A stretch of 64,000 nt of DNA from an uncultured Alphaproteobacteria bacterium (GCA_902620425.1 CACNHX010000001.1:93471-157470), one strand, 5' to 3'; positions 1 to 10,146 are shown, counted from the first letter of the stretch. The notes: generated from the letters alone by a model not told the origin. Made by a program: numbers and translations.

Positions 1-1
1 A

Positions 2-745
2 ACTGTAGTTTCTGAAAATATATCAGGTAGTGAAAAAGAGTTTGCTAAACTTATGACAAGCTATGCAAAAAATTTAGGTATGAATAATACAACGTTTAAA
101 AATGCATCAGGTCTTCCCAATAGAGCGCAATTAACAACTGCAAGAGATATAGCAAAACTTTCACATGCACTAATTTCAAATTTTCCAGAAGAGTATAAAT
201 TGTTTAGCAAAACAAAATTTACTTATAAGGGTAAGACTTACAAAACGCATAATAAATTAATGTTAAGCTACGATGGTGCTGATGGAATTAAAACTGGATA
301 TATAAAAGCATCTGGTTTTCAATTAGCCTTTTCAGCAGTTAGAGATGATAAGAGATTAATAGGAATTATTTTTGGGGGTGATACGGGAAGTCAACGCAAT
401 CAATCTTTGAAAATAATAATGGATAAAGAATTTGCTGAATTAAATATTAAGACAAAAAGTAGTAATAAAAAAATAGTTAAAAAAGAAGAGACTGCAAAGA
501 AAAAAAATGCTTATTCCATTGTTGTTGGAACATTTAAGTATAGAAATAATGCAGAAAAACAAATCAAATTAATTAAAAGTAAATATCCAGTTTCTACAAA
601 AGATAAAATATCGAACATAGTGCTGATAAAAGTTAGCGGTAAACAACTATATGAATCTAGATTTGAAAATTTTTCTAAAAAAGAAGCGTATACAGCTTGT
701 AAAAGATTGAAAAAATATAATCGTGATTGTTTTGTTAGACTGTAA
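2..745 (+). CDS. D-alanyl-D-alanine carboxypeptidase (low-MW serine PBP), C-terminal part with SPOR-like domain; 5' end lies outside the window
   Basis: The frame of ORF 53..745 stays open back to nt 2 (TVVSENISGSEKEFAKLM...). KTG box DGIKTGYIKASGF. The C-terminal ~70 aa (YSIVVGTFKYRNNAEKQIKLIKSKYP...CKRLKKYNRDCFV) resembles a SPOR peptidoglycan-binding repeat. Confidence 0.8.
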   Translation, partial: TVVSENISGSEKEFAKLMTSYAKNLGMNNTTFKNASGLPNRAQLTTARDIAKLSHALISNFPEEYKLFSKTKFTYKGKTYKTHNKLMLSYDGADGIKTGYIKASGFQLAFSAVRDDKRLIGIIFGGDTGSQRNQSLKIIMDKEFAELNIKTKSSNKKIVKKEETAKKKNAYSIVVGTFKYRNNAEKQIKLIKSKYPVSTKDKISNIVLIKVSGKQLYESRFENFSKKEAYTACKRLKKYNRDCFVRL

Positions 746-2141
746 ACTTATAATTTACACCGCTTTGAGATAACTGATTTTCGATAATTGCTATCAAAGA
801 CTTAAGACCTTCTTGGGAAGTAGACTCCGCTCTACAAGTTAGTTGGTTTTGGGTATTACTAGCTCTCATTAGAAACCATCCATCATCATTTTCAACTCTT
901 ATTCCGTCAATATCTATTATTTTACCTTCTGTATTTTTTATTCTTTCTTTTATTTCTTCTATAATTAAAAATTTTTTTGTTTCATCTACATCAAACCTTG
1001 TTTCAGGAGTTGAATAAGTTTTTGGATATATATTAATTAACTCATTTAAGGATTTTTCTTGATTACATAATATTCGCAATAAGCGTAAAGCAACATACAT
1101 TGCATCATCGTAACCATAAAAATCATCTGCATAACATACATGACCACTCATTTCTCCTGATAAAGGCGATTTTAATTCTTTCATTTTTTCTTTTATTGGA
1201 GAGTGACCAGTTTTAGACATAATAGGATCGCAATTAAGTTTTTTTGCTTCATCAAAAAAAACCTTACTACATTTAACATCCATAATTATTTTTGGGTTAT
1301 CGTATAAGTTAGCAATTTCTGTGCATAATAATAACATGTACTGATCTGCCCAAACTAAATTCCCTAAGTTGTCTACAACACCCAAACGATCTCCATCTCC
1401 ATCAAAGGCTAGACCTATGTCACAACTGTTATCTTTTACTGACTTTATTAATTGCTCCATATTTTTTGGCACAGTTGGATCTGGATGATGATTAGGGAAA
1501 TTTCCATCAACGTCTTCATTAATTAATATGTTTTCAGAATTATTTAAATTATTTGTAACTTCCTTAATGACAGCTCCCATCGCTCCATTACCAATATCCC
1601 AAGCAATTTTTATTTTTTTATTGAGATTAATATTTTGTAATAATCTTTCAGTATAATCTTTTTTAATATCTTTATTAATGATCTCACCATCTTTTAATTT
1701 TAAATCATTTTGATCAATTAATTTTTGAAGGCTTTGAATGTCTTCAGCATAAAAAGAATGCTTATTTAAAACCATTTTAAAGCCATTGTATTCTGAAGGA
1801 TTATGAGAGCCAGTTACCATTATTGCTGCATCTGCATTTAGATGGTAGTGAGCAAAGTAAGTCATCGGCGTAGGACCCATACCAATATTAATTACCTTAG
1901 CGCCTGAATCTTTTAAACCTTCACATAGTGCTTTATGTAAATCTGGTGAAGTTAATCTTCCATCGTAACCTGTAGCAATTATGTTAGATTTTAATCGATT
2001 AATTACCGTGTAGGCAAATGTTCTTCCAATAGTATAGGCGGTGTTTTGATTGATATTGTTACCGACCACTCCTCGGATATCATACTCTCTTAAAACCTCT
2101 TTATCAAAATTTTCAATTTTCAATTTATTTACCTGTTCCAT
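735..2141 (-). CDS. Phosphomannomutase/phosphoglucomutase (alpha-D-phosphohexomutase family)
   Basis: 468 aa. Phosphoserine loop MVTGSHNPSEYNGFK, Mg loop AFDGDGDRLGV, sugar-binding GEMSGH. It overlaps the convergent PBP gene by 11 nt and the upstream ugd gene by 17 nt. Confidence 0.9.
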   Translation of the reverse strand: MEQVNKLKIENFDKEVLREYDIRGVVGNNINQNTAYTIGRTFAYTVINRLKSNIIATGYDGRLTSPDLHKALCEGLKDSGAKVINIGMGPTPMTYFAHYHLNADAAIMVTGSHNPSEYNGFKMVLNKHSFYAEDIQSLQKLIDQNDLKLKDGEIINKDIKKDYTERLLQNINLNKKIKIAWDIGNGAMGAVIKEVTNNLNNSENILINEDVDGNFPNHHPDPTVPKNMEQLIKSVKDNSCDIGLAFDGDGDRLGVVDNLGNLVWADQYMLLLCTEIANLYDNPKIIMDVKCSKVFFDEAKKLNCDPIMSKTGHSPIKEKMKELKSPLSGEMSGHVCYADDFYGYDDAMYVALRLLRILCNQEKSLNELINIYPKTYSTPETRFDVDETKKFLIIEEIKERIKNTEGKIIDIDGIRVENDDGWFLMRASNTQNQLTCRAESTSQEGLKSLIAIIENQLSQSGVNYKFTV

Positions 2142-3423
2142 AGTATTCGTATCCCATTTCTTTTAAATCTTTTGGAATATAAATGTTTCTTAAATCGAAT
2201 ATTATTTTTTCTTTTAATATTTTAGATATTTTCTCAAAATTTAATGCCCTGAATTCGTTCCATTCTGTTCCAATAATGATTGCAGACGATCCTTCACAAG
2301 CTTCGTAAGCAGAATTAAAAAAAACAAGATTAGAATTTTCTTTTTTTGAATTGCTCATTGCCTCAGGATCATAACATTGTACTTTAAATCCTTGATCAAA
2401 AAGATTTGATGCAATTTTCATTGATGTGGAATCTCTCACATCATCTGTGTTAGGTTTAAAACTTAAACCAAGAAAAGTTATAGTAGAATTATTTTTTAAT
2501 TTTGAACTAATTTTATTAGAAATTTTAATTATACGATCTTGATTAGATTTGTTCACTGCATTAATTATAGATAAATCAATATTTTTCTTTTTAGCTGTAG
2601 AAGCAAAAGCTTTAACATCTTTTGGAAAACATGAACCTCCAAATCCAGGTCCCGCATTTAAAAATTTAGAACCAATACGTTTATCTATACCCATTGCATG
2701 CGCTACTTGCTGAACATCAGCTCCTACTACTTCACATAAGTCAGCAACCTCGTTAATAAATGCAATTTTAGTTGCTAGAAAACTATTGGATGCATATTTA
2801 ATTATTTCTGAAGTTTCTATTGATGTAGCCACAATTGGGGTTTCTTTAAGAAATAAAGGTCTATAAAGTTCTTTCATTATATTTTCAGATTTTTTATTAT
2901 CTGTTCCTATTACAACTCTATCTGGTCTAATAAAATCATCAATAGCAGATCCTTCTCGTAAAAATTCTGGATTAGAAACTACATCAAAAAGTTTTTGATC
3001 AACTTTATTTGATATAATTTTTTTTACTTCGCTTGTCGTTCCAACTGGTACGGTGGATTTAGTTACAACTAAACAATATTTTTTAATACTTTCTGAAATT
3101 TCATCTGCAACTTGCCATACAAAACTTAAATCAGCTTCATCTTCTAGCCTTCTTGTAGGAGTTCCAACAGTTATAAAAAAAATATCTGTATTTTCTGAAT
3201 TATTTTTTATGCTTGAAGCAAAAGATAATAATTTTGTTTTATTAATATGCTTATCTAAAAGCTTATCCATTCCAGGTTCAAAAAATGGGCACGTACCTGA
3301 TTTGAGTTTTTCAAGACGCTCCGTATCTTTATCGATACATGTTACAGAATATCCAAATTCAGCAAAGCAAACCCCGGTTACCAAACCAACGTAACCGGTA
3401 CCAACGATTGTAAGATTCATCAT
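2125..3423 (-). CDS. ugd: UDP-glucose 6-dehydrogenase
   Basis: 432 aa. Rossmann motif IVGTGYVGLVTG and catalytic-Cys motif GFGGSCFPKD. Confidence 0.9.
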   Translation of the reverse strand: MMNLTIVGTGYVGLVTGVCFAEFGYSVTCIDKDTERLEKLKSGTCPFFEPGMDKLLDKHINKTKLLSFASSIKNNSENTDIFFITVGTPTRRLEDEADLSFVWQVADEISESIKKYCLVVTKSTVPVGTTSEVKKIISNKVDQKLFDVVSNPEFLREGSAIDDFIRPDRVVIGTDNKKSENIMKELYRPLFLKETPIVATSIETSEIIKYASNSFLATKIAFINEVADLCEVVGADVQQVAHAMGIDKRIGSKFLNAGPGFGGSCFPKDVKAFASTAKKKNIDLSIINAVNKSNQDRIIKISNKISSKLKNNSTITFLGLSFKPNTDDVRDSTSMKIASNLFDQGFKVQCYDPEAMSNSKKENSNLVFFNSAYEACEGSSAIIIGTEWNEFRALNFEKISKILKEKIIFDLRNIYIPKDLKEMGYEYYGTGK

Positions 3424-3540
3424 ATTACAGAATTTATTAAAATTTCTGTCTCAATAAACTAAATATTTATCATTTGTTATAAAATAAATACGAGATTTTT
3501 ACTGGAAAAAATGTAATTTTTTATTATTTATATCGTAATT

Positions 3541-4551
3541 ATGTCAGAAACTAAAAAAGTTCAAACAGGGATAAACAATATATCAGACGAATGGTTTAGG
3601 GCTAATATAGATAGAAAAACTCTAAAAAAACTTTCCAAAAGATCAGATTTTGAGGGGTGGAAACATATTATTATTTATTCACTATCATTAGGAGCTCTAG
3701 GTTTATTATCGATATATACATGGCATAGCTTGTGGTTTATACCTTTATACCTTGCTTATTCTACGATGTGGGGTGGAGCTGATGCTATTTGGCATGAGTG
3801 TGGTCATGGAACTGCTTTCAGAAATAGAAGATTAAATAAATTCTTCTATAACATTGCTAGTTTTATGAATAATTTTGAACCTGTTAGATGGAAGTGGAGT
3901 CACTCTCTTCATCATAGCTATACTGCTTCAGTTGATCCTCATGACTACGAAGTTGATGGTAGTATTTTTGCTAAACATACATTTTTAAGTTTTATTTTAA
4001 ATTTTATTCCTGGAATTGGTTTTTTTACAATTCATAAATCACTTTATGTAGAAATTATTAAACATGCTTTAGGCATTAGGACTGATGTGATGAAAGATTG
4101 CATTCCAGAAGATAAAATTAATGATTGTATAAATAGCTCTAGAATTTTTGTTCTTCTATGGATTACAATAATAGCTGTCTCAATTTACTTTTCTACCTTT
4201 TTGCCAATATTTTTATTTTTAATACCAAAGTTCTTTGGCATTAATGGTATCTGGGGTGTAACACAACATATGGGTCTTAAAGAAAGCGCCAAGGATCACC
4301 GACTATCAACAAGATCAGTTAGACTTAATCCGATTTTTAGTTTTATCTATTGGAAGATGGAATACCATATTGAGCACCATATGTTTCCTATGATACCTTC
4401 ATACAATCTTCCTAAATTATATGAAATAATAAAAGATCAAATGCCAGAACCTCAAACCCTATACCAAGCTTATAAAGAAATTTTACCTGCAGTAATAAAA
4501 AAATCTAAAAACCCTGATTATTTTATACCAGTTCAGCTACCTAACAATTAG
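3541..4551 (+). CDS. Membrane di-iron fatty-acid-desaturase-family protein (paralog 1)
   Basis: 336 aa. Three His boxes (HECGH, HSLHH, HIEHH) and several hydrophobic spans. Roughly half the positions match 17653..18651 by eye. Confidence 0.75.
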   Translation: MSETKKVQTGINNISDEWFRANIDRKTLKKLSKRSDFEGWKHIIIYSLSLGALGLLSIYTWHSLWFIPLYLAYSTMWGGADAIWHECGHGTAFRNRRLNKFFYNIASFMNNFEPVRWKWSHSLHHSYTASVDPHDYEVDGSIFAKHTFLSFILNFIPGIGFFTIHKSLYVEIIKHALGIRTDVMKDCIPEDKINDCINSSRIFVLLWITIIAVSIYFSTFLPIFLFLIPKFFGINGIWGVTQHMGLKESAKDHRLSTRSVRLNPIFSFIYWKMEYHIEHHMFPMIPSYNLPKLYEIIKDQMPEPQTLYQAYKEILPAVIKKSKNPDYFIPVQLPNN

Positions 4552-4564
4552 ATATTAATTTCAT

Positions 4565-5740
4565 TTACTTAGAGCTCAAAAAAGTACCGTAAATAAATTC
4601 ATAAAAATCCACATTTAGTTTTCTATCACCATTTAAAACGTGAGTCATTAATGTAGCAAATAAATTATTTTTTATATCTACCAAAAAATAAGTTGAAGCT
4701 GCTCCAGCCCATCCAAATTCTTCAAATTCTCCAATATTGTTATTTTTTTCTGGAAATAACATTGTCCTAAAACCTAAACCCCAACCATATGGCTCAAGAC
4801 CATTATCACCTTCTTCTGAAAGTCCATCTATCCCTTCTATTTTCATAGGTAAAAGATTTTCTGGTAAAGTATTTTTAATAATTAAATTTAAAGTTTTTTC
4901 ACTAATTATTTGAACTCCAGAATCTGATTTTCCGTTTAAAAGCATCTTACAAAATTTGTTATAATCTTTCATTGTAGAATACAGACCATGGCCTCCTCGC
5001 GCATAGGTTGCACTATTTATAGGATAATCTTGCGGATTTTTTTCTTCAATTAACTTTTTACTTTGTGAATCATATTGATACAATGTCATCAACCTCTGAG
5101 ATTTTTTATCATCTAAAGAAAATCCAGTATCTTGCATATCAAGAGGGTCAAAAATATTATCTTTTAGAATATTTTGAAGTTTCTTATTGAGAACCACCTC
5201 TAATATTCTTGCTAAAACATCTATACAAACAGAATATCGCCATTCTGTCATAGGCTGACTGTACAAAGGAAATTTAGATAATAATTTTATTTCATCAGAT
5301 AATAATCTTTCATTAAATAATTTTTGTTTCGTATACTCAGCAGCAAGCGCATCAGGAAGAAATCCGTAACTAAAGCCCGCAGTATGTTGTAAAAGATTTT
5401 TTATTGTTGGTTTTATTTTTAAGTCTTCAATATCACTTATTGATTCTTTGTTATTTTTCATAACTTTTAGATTTTGAAATTCAGTTAAATATTTATCAAT
5501 TGGATCATCTAAATTTATTAATTTTTTTTCTACAAGTTGCATTGTGACTATTGCTATAATAGGCTTAGTCATAGAAAATATTCTGTAAATAGTATCGTCT
5601 TCTATTTCTTTGAGAGTTTCAATATTTGAAAAACCAAGTTTACCAGATAAGTATTTTCCATCTTTATAAATAGACCACTGTATTCCTGGAAAAGTCTTTT
5701 GGTCTAAATAATGTTGGAAAATTTTATTTAATTCTTCCAT
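4565..5740 (-). CDS. Serine hydrolase of the beta-lactamase/PBP (class C-like) family
   Basis: 391 aa. S-x-x-K nucleophile motif FSMTKP. No obvious signal peptide. Confidence 0.7.
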   Translation of the reverse strand: MEELNKIFQHYLDQKTFPGIQWSIYKDGKYLSGKLGFSNIETLKEIEDDTIYRIFSMTKPIIAIVTMQLVEKKLINLDDPIDKYLTEFQNLKVMKNNKESISDIEDLKIKPTIKNLLQHTAGFSYGFLPDALAAEYTKQKLFNERLLSDEIKLLSKFPLYSQPMTEWRYSVCIDVLARILEVVLNKKLQNILKDNIFDPLDMQDTGFSLDDKKSQRLMTLYQYDSQSKKLIEEKNPQDYPINSATYARGGHGLYSTMKDYNKFCKMLLNGKSDSGVQIISEKTLNLIIKNTLPENLLPMKIEGIDGLSEEGDNGLEPYGWGLGFRTMLFPEKNNNIGEFEEFGWAGAASTYFLVDIKNNLFATLMTHVLNGDRKLNVDFYEFIYGTFLSSK

Positions 5741-5794
5741 ATTTAAAAATTACCACAAAATTAGGACTAATTAAATGTTTAAGTTTAATATTAA

Positions 5795-5842
5795 AAATAC
5801 TTTCCAGACTATTTTATTCCTGTTCAAGTTCCAAATAATTAA
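5795..5842 (+). pseudogene. Relic of the last ~12 codons plus stop of a desaturase-family gene
   Basis: Translates K Y F P D Y F I P V Q V P N N stop. The C-terminus of 3541..4551 is N P D Y F I P V Q L P N N stop. A TAA at 5792-5794 closes the frame upstream. About 11 of the 39 aligned nt differ from the intact copy, mostly at synonymous positions. Confidence 0.8.
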
Positions 5843-5888
5843 ACTATACTTGACACATCTTCAGCTTTAGTTTTATCTATACCTTTAT

Positions 5889-7325
5889 ATGGAGTTAAGA
5901 AATTTTATTGATGGTAAATTCATTGATTCACTCTCAAAGAAAAATATTCCTGTATTAAATCCGGCTAATCAAAAAATTGTTGGTAATATTGATGAAGCTT
6001 TGGATGAAGAAATAGATTTAGCTTTTCAGGCTGCAAAAAAAGCATTCGATAAAAGAATTTTGGTCGATATGGATGCAAAAGATAAATCAAATATGATGAG
6101 AGCCATTGCACAAAAATTAAGAGAAAGAAAAGAAGAAGGTGGTAAACTTTTAAGCCAAGAAAATGGTAAAACGATTAAACAATGTATCGATGAATTCAAA
6201 GGTGCTGCTGATACCTTTGATTTTTATGCAGGATTAACAGACAAGATAGAAAATAAATTAATTCCATCTGGTAAAGATACTTTAAACTATGTTGTTTTGG
6301 AACCCTTTGGAGTTGCGCTTCAAATTGTACCTTGGAATTATCCTGTTTCTATATTTTCTGGAATGGTTGCGCAGAATTGGATAGTAGGAAATACCATAGT
6401 TATAAAACCTCCTGAACTTTGTCCTATATCGTCTAATTTTTATGGTCAAATTTTTGAGGATGTTGGTGTTCCAAAAGGAATTATAAATATTCTTCACGGT
6501 TATGGAGAAACAACTGGTCGAAAATTAGTCCAACATCCAGGAAGTGATTATATTGTATTTACTGGATCACCTGAAGTTGCTTCAGAAATTCTTAAAGAAA
6601 CAGCAGATAGAATTATACCTACTCATTTTGAATTAGGAGGAAAGTCTGCAGCAATAATCTATCCCGATGCTGACATTGATAAAGCTGTAGACAGTACAGT
6701 TAAAGGAATTTTTAAACCAAATGCAGGTCAAATATGTGTAGCAATGTCTAGAGTAATAGTTCATCCAAAAATTAAAGATGAGTATATGACAAAGCTTGTT
6801 GCAAAAACCCAAAAATTAAAAATAGGTGCAGGCGACGAAGATGGAACGGAAGTAACACCTTTAATCTCAACTGATCAAATGCAAAGGGTTTCAAATTATG
6901 TAAAATCTGGTGTACAATCAGGTGCTACATTAACAATAGGCGGGGATAAAGCTGAGAGAGTCGATGGTAATTTTTACCAACCAACTATTTTTGATAATGT
7001 TAAAGTTGATGCAACAATTGCTCAGGAAGAAATATTTGGCCCTGTAACATCAATATTTGATTTTGAAGATGAAGAAGAAGCAATAAGTATAGCTAATTCA
7101 ACAAAATACGGTCTTGCTTCCGGAGTATTTACTTCAGATGAGCAAAAAGCAAAATGGACTGCTGATAGAATTCAGGCTGGGATAATTTGGCAAAACGATT
7201 GGTTTGTTGATGGAAATAATCTTCCAGGTGGTGGTTACAAAAGATCAGGTTATGGAAGAGATGGTGGGGTAGATGGGGTGTATAGTCACGGACAGACTAA
7301 AAGGATTAGTAAAAGACTCTACTAG
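5889..7325 (+). CDS. NAD(P)-dependent aldehyde dehydrogenase
   Basis: 478 aa. Motifs FELGGKSA, catalytic Cys in AGQICVAMSR, and EEIFGPV. Paralog of 55129..56562. Confidence 0.9.
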   Translation: MELRNFIDGKFIDSLSKKNIPVLNPANQKIVGNIDEALDEEIDLAFQAAKKAFDKRILVDMDAKDKSNMMRAIAQKLRERKEEGGKLLSQENGKTIKQCIDEFKGAADTFDFYAGLTDKIENKLIPSGKDTLNYVVLEPFGVALQIVPWNYPVSIFSGMVAQNWIVGNTIVIKPPELCPISSNFYGQIFEDVGVPKGIINILHGYGETTGRKLVQHPGSDYIVFTGSPEVASEILKETADRIIPTHFELGGKSAAIIYPDADIDKAVDSTVKGIFKPNAGQICVAMSRVIVHPKIKDEYMTKLVAKTQKLKIGAGDEDGTEVTPLISTDQMQRVSNYVKSGVQSGATLTIGGDKAERVDGNFYQPTIFDNVKVDATIAQEEIFGPVTSIFDFEDEEEAISIANSTKYGLASGVFTSDEQKAKWTADRIQAGIIWQNDWFVDGNNLPGGGYKRSGYGRDGGVDGVYSHGQTKRISKRLY

Positions 7326-7387
7326 GTTGACATTATTAATTTAATTTTTTAAGCTCATATACATTATATTTATTCAAGGGAGGAATA

Positions 7388-8377
7388 ATGAAAATATTAA
7401 AAATTTTATTATCAACACTCTTCGTTTTTTCTTTCAGTGGTTCAGTTTATGCTATTGATAAAAACTTAGGTGATGGATGGTGTAGTGATGTAAGAATTCA
7501 CTTCTTTGCTGGTGGAGCTGAAGGTGATGGTTTCGCTGGAATAGTTCAAACTGGTGCAGAAAATGCTATTAGAGACACTGGTGCTGATGCAGAAATTCTT
7601 TACTCAGAATGGCAGTCAGATAGAATGATTCAACAACTAAGAGAAGCTATTGGTGCAGGTGTTGACGGTATTGGTATGATGGGTCATCCTGGTGATGATG
7701 CAATTATGCCACTAGCAAAAATGGCTAGTGAAGCTGGTATCTTAATGATGTATCAAAACGTTGATGTTCCTGCAGTAAGAGCTGCTTATGGAGGTGGATA
7801 CGTTGGTGCAAATCTTGCAACTCAAGGTAAAGAATTAGCAAGAGAAGCAATTAGAAGATTTGATCTTAAAGCTGGTGATACAGCTATTGTTATGGTTCCA
7901 ATTGGAGATTATTCAAGAGCTCAAAGAGAAGACGGTGCTAGAATAATTTTTGAAGAACATGGAATGAACGTTGTAGTTCTAGATGGTACTCCAGAACAAG
8001 CAACTGATCCAAATCTTGCAATCCCTGTATTTTCAGCTGCCCTAGCTGCAAATCCTGATACAAAAATTATTGTACATGATGGTGGTCAGAAACTAGGAAA
8101 TGCTGAAGCATATGCTAAAGCTGCTGGATATGGTCCAGGAGAATTATTGCAAATCGGCTTTGATACTAGTCCACAAATCATGACAGCTTTTGAAAATGGT
8201 TATGTTCATTTAACTTCTGATCAGCAACCATTTTTACAAGGCTACCTACCTGTACTTGCTTTATGTCAAATGAAAGTTCTTGGAACTGGAGCATTAAATC
8301 AAGATACTGGTGCAGGATTTGTACATACTGAGAATTACAAATCAGTTATGGAACTTGCTAACGCAGGTTTAAGATAA
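7388..8377 (+). CDS. Periplasmic sugar-binding protein of a CUT2 (ribose/fructose-type) ABC importer
   Basis: 329 aa. Signal peptide MKILKILLSTLFVFSFSGSVYA. Size and adjacency to a CUT2 ATPase and permease support the call. Strong SD (GGAGG, 7379-7383). Visibly GC-richer than its neighbours. Confidence 0.75.
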   Translation: MKILKILLSTLFVFSFSGSVYAIDKNLGDGWCSDVRIHFFAGGAEGDGFAGIVQTGAENAIRDTGADAEILYSEWQSDRMIQQLREAIGAGVDGIGMMGHPGDDAIMPLAKMASEAGILMMYQNVDVPAVRAAYGGGYVGANLATQGKELAREAIRRFDLKAGDTAIVMVPIGDYSRAQREDGARIIFEEHGMNVVVLDGTPEQATDPNLAIPVFSAALAANPDTKIIVHDGGQKLGNAEAYAKAAGYGPGELLQIGFDTSPQIMTAFENGYVHLTSDQQPFLQGYLPVLALCQMKVLGTGALNQDTGAGFVHTENYKSVMELANAGLR

Positions 8378-8390
8378 ATATATCAAACAG

Positions 8391-8417
8391 AGCTGATCTA
8401 CTGTAAGTAGATCAGCT
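8391..8417 (+). promoter_or_regulatory. Intercistronic GC-containing stem-loop between the SBP and ATPase genes
   Basis: Perfect 11-bp stem, agctgatctac (8391-8401) paired with gtagatcagct (8407-8417), and a 5-nt loop. No T-run follows. It ends 6 nt before the ATG at 8424. Confidence 0.6.
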
Positions 8418-8423
8418 ACATAT

Positions 8424-9170
8424 ATGAGCGCAATAATAGAACTTAAAAATGTTTCCAAAAGTTTTGGCGGAATCACAGCATTAAAAAAAGCATCAATAAA
8501 AGTTGATGTTGGAGAAGTTGTTGGACTTATTGGAGATAATGGAGCTGGTAAATCCACCTTAATCAAAACGTTAGTTGGTGTTCATGCTCCTGACGATGGT
8601 CAAATTATAATTAGAGGAAATGAAGTTAAAAATTGGAATGCCTCAAAAGCAAGAGAAGCTGGAATAGAAACTGTTTTTCAAGACAGAGCTTTATGTCCAC
8701 AGCAATCTATAGTGTGGAATATTTTTATGGGTAAAGAATTAAAACATAGATTTGGTTTTATAAGGGAAAAAGAACAAGTAAGAGAAGCAAACAAATTAAT
8801 TAGAGAAATTGGATTTACATCAAAACTTATTGATGCTGAATCACCTGTTGGTAATTTATCGGGTGGTGAAAGACAAGGAGTAGCAATAGCAAGAGCAATT
8901 TATAACAATGCAGAGTTAATTGTATTGGATGAACCAACAACAGCCCTTTCACTCATTGAAACTCAAAAAGTTTTTGATTTTGTAGATAATGTTAAAAAAT
9001 CTGGAAGATCAGTTTTATTTATTGGTCATAATATTTATCATGTCTATGATATCTCTGATAGATTTATTGTTTTAGACAGAGGTGAAGTTGTTCATCAATT
9101 AAATAAAAATGACATTGAGGGGCCTGAAGCACTTATGAAAGTTATGAAGGATGCAGTGAGTAAACATTAA
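8424..9170 (+). CDS. ABC transporter ATP-binding protein (single-NBD, FrcA-like CUT2 ATPase)
   Basis: 248 aa. Walker A GDNGAGKST, signature LSGGERQ, Walker B LIVLDEPT. Confidence 0.9.
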   Translation: MSAIIELKNVSKSFGGITALKKASIKVDVGEVVGLIGDNGAGKSTLIKTLVGVHAPDDGQIIIRGNEVKNWNASKAREAGIETVFQDRALCPQQSIVWNIFMGKELKHRFGFIREKEQVREANKLIREIGFTSKLIDAESPVGNLSGGERQGVAIARAIYNNAELIVLDEPTTALSLIETQKVFDFVDNVKKSGRSVLFIGHNIYHVYDISDRFIVLDRGEVVHQLNKNDIEGPEALMKVMKDAVSKH

Positions 9171-10144
9171 TGAGTACCAAAGAAAATATATTTAAAAATT
9201 TAATTGGAAAAAATGGTAGAGCTTTAGGAAGTTTAGGTTACTTTATAATTTTAATGTTGGTTTTTCTAATTGGGGCTCCAGAAGTAATGATGAGACCAAA
9301 TTTACATCAATCTGTTTTTGTAATGCTTCCAGTAATTATGTTTATGGTTATCCCTCTTGTTTTTTTAGTTACTGCTGGAGAAATAGACTTGTCTTTTGCC
9401 TCTACTTTTGGATTGTCAGCATACATTTTTGCTCTTTTATTAAAGGCAGGACTTGATCCATTATTATGTATTCTTATAGGAATACTCTCTGGTGCAGTAG
9501 TTGGAATACTTATGGGATGTTTAGTTGTTTACGGACGCCTTTCATCGTTGGTTGCTTCTCTTGGAGCATTATTTTTTATAAGAGGATTTTTGTTTGTTGC
9601 TAGTGATAGTAAATCAATTTCTTTTATGGAAATTTCTGATCACTGGATCTACGATGTATTAGTTGGGAAACTTTTTGGAGTTCCAATGCAAGTTTACTGG
9701 GCAGCGTTATTTACAATATTTTCCTATTATCTTTATAGGAAACATGTGTTTGGAATCCATATTCATCATGTTGGAGATAATCCAGACTCAGCTGCACAAA
9801 TGGGAATTAATGTTAATTGGGTAAGAATTAGTGCGTTCATGTATGTTGGTTTAGGTGCGGCACTTGCAGGAATTTTTTCTTGTTTAATTAATTTTACCTG
9901 GTGGCCAACTCAAGGATTTGGCTACTTATTACTTGCTCTAGCTGCTGTCTTTATTGGAGGAACTCCCACATGGGGAGGCGTAGGAACGATTGTAGGAGCT
10001 GTGTTTGGTGTTGGTGTTATTGCATATATGGAAGTTGGAGTTGTGGCAATGGGAATGAGTGGTGTATGGAGGCAATTCTTTAATGGATTGATTATTATAC
10101 TCGCAATTCTTGGTCACAGATTCCACGGAGGGAGAGTGAGGTAG
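9170..10144 (+). CDS. CUT2 sugar ABC transporter permease (RbsC/FrcC-like)
   Basis: 324 aa, hydrophobic throughout with about 9-10 spans. TAATG 1-nt overlap with the ATPase stop. Confidence 0.85.
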   Translation: MSTKENIFKNLIGKNGRALGSLGYFIILMLVFLIGAPEVMMRPNLHQSVFVMLPVIMFMVIPLVFLVTAGEIDLSFASTFGLSAYIFALLLKAGLDPLLCILIGILSGAVVGILMGCLVVYGRLSSLVASLGALFFIRGFLFVASDSKSISFMEISDHWIYDVLVGKLFGVPMQVYWAALFTIFSYYLYRKHVFGIHIHHVGDNPDSAAQMGINVNWVRISAFMYVGLGAALAGIFSCLINFTWWPTQGFGYLLLALAAVFIGGTPTWGGVGTIVGAVFGVGVIAYMEVGVVAMGMSGVWRQFFNGLIIILAILGHRFHGGRVR

Positions 10145-10146
10145 CG

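Noticed and set aside
3053-3394. Antisense or shadow ORFs of 60-116 aa listed in the track. Examples are 3053..3394, 6282..6497, 8369..8566, 10567..10917, 10790..11134, 25412..25741, 56837..57181, 59661..59975 and 61447..61764.
   Set aside because: Each lies inside, and opposite to, a CDS supported by strong family motifs. Their compositions mirror the complement of the real codons, and none has a start context or a conserved motif.
5850-5855. Perfect TTGACA hexamers upstream of the ALDH gene (5850-5855) and the CUT2 SBP gene (7327-7332), considered as sigma-70 -35 boxes.
   Set aside because: The partners at 17-18 nt spacing (TATCTA, TAAGCT) are weak -10 matches. In DNA this AT-rich I cannot separate them from chance without TSS data, so they are not called as features.
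7388-10144. Visibly higher G+C in SBP and permease genes than in, for example, 18702..22685, considered as evidence of horizontal acquisition.
   Set aside because: The pattern tracks protein class: Gly/Ala/Val-rich exported and membrane proteins that are probably highly expressed, versus Lys/Asn/Ile-rich cytoplasmic enzymes. It recurs at every transporter in the window and no mobility genes flank these regions. Composition alone is not convincing, and I did not compute it.
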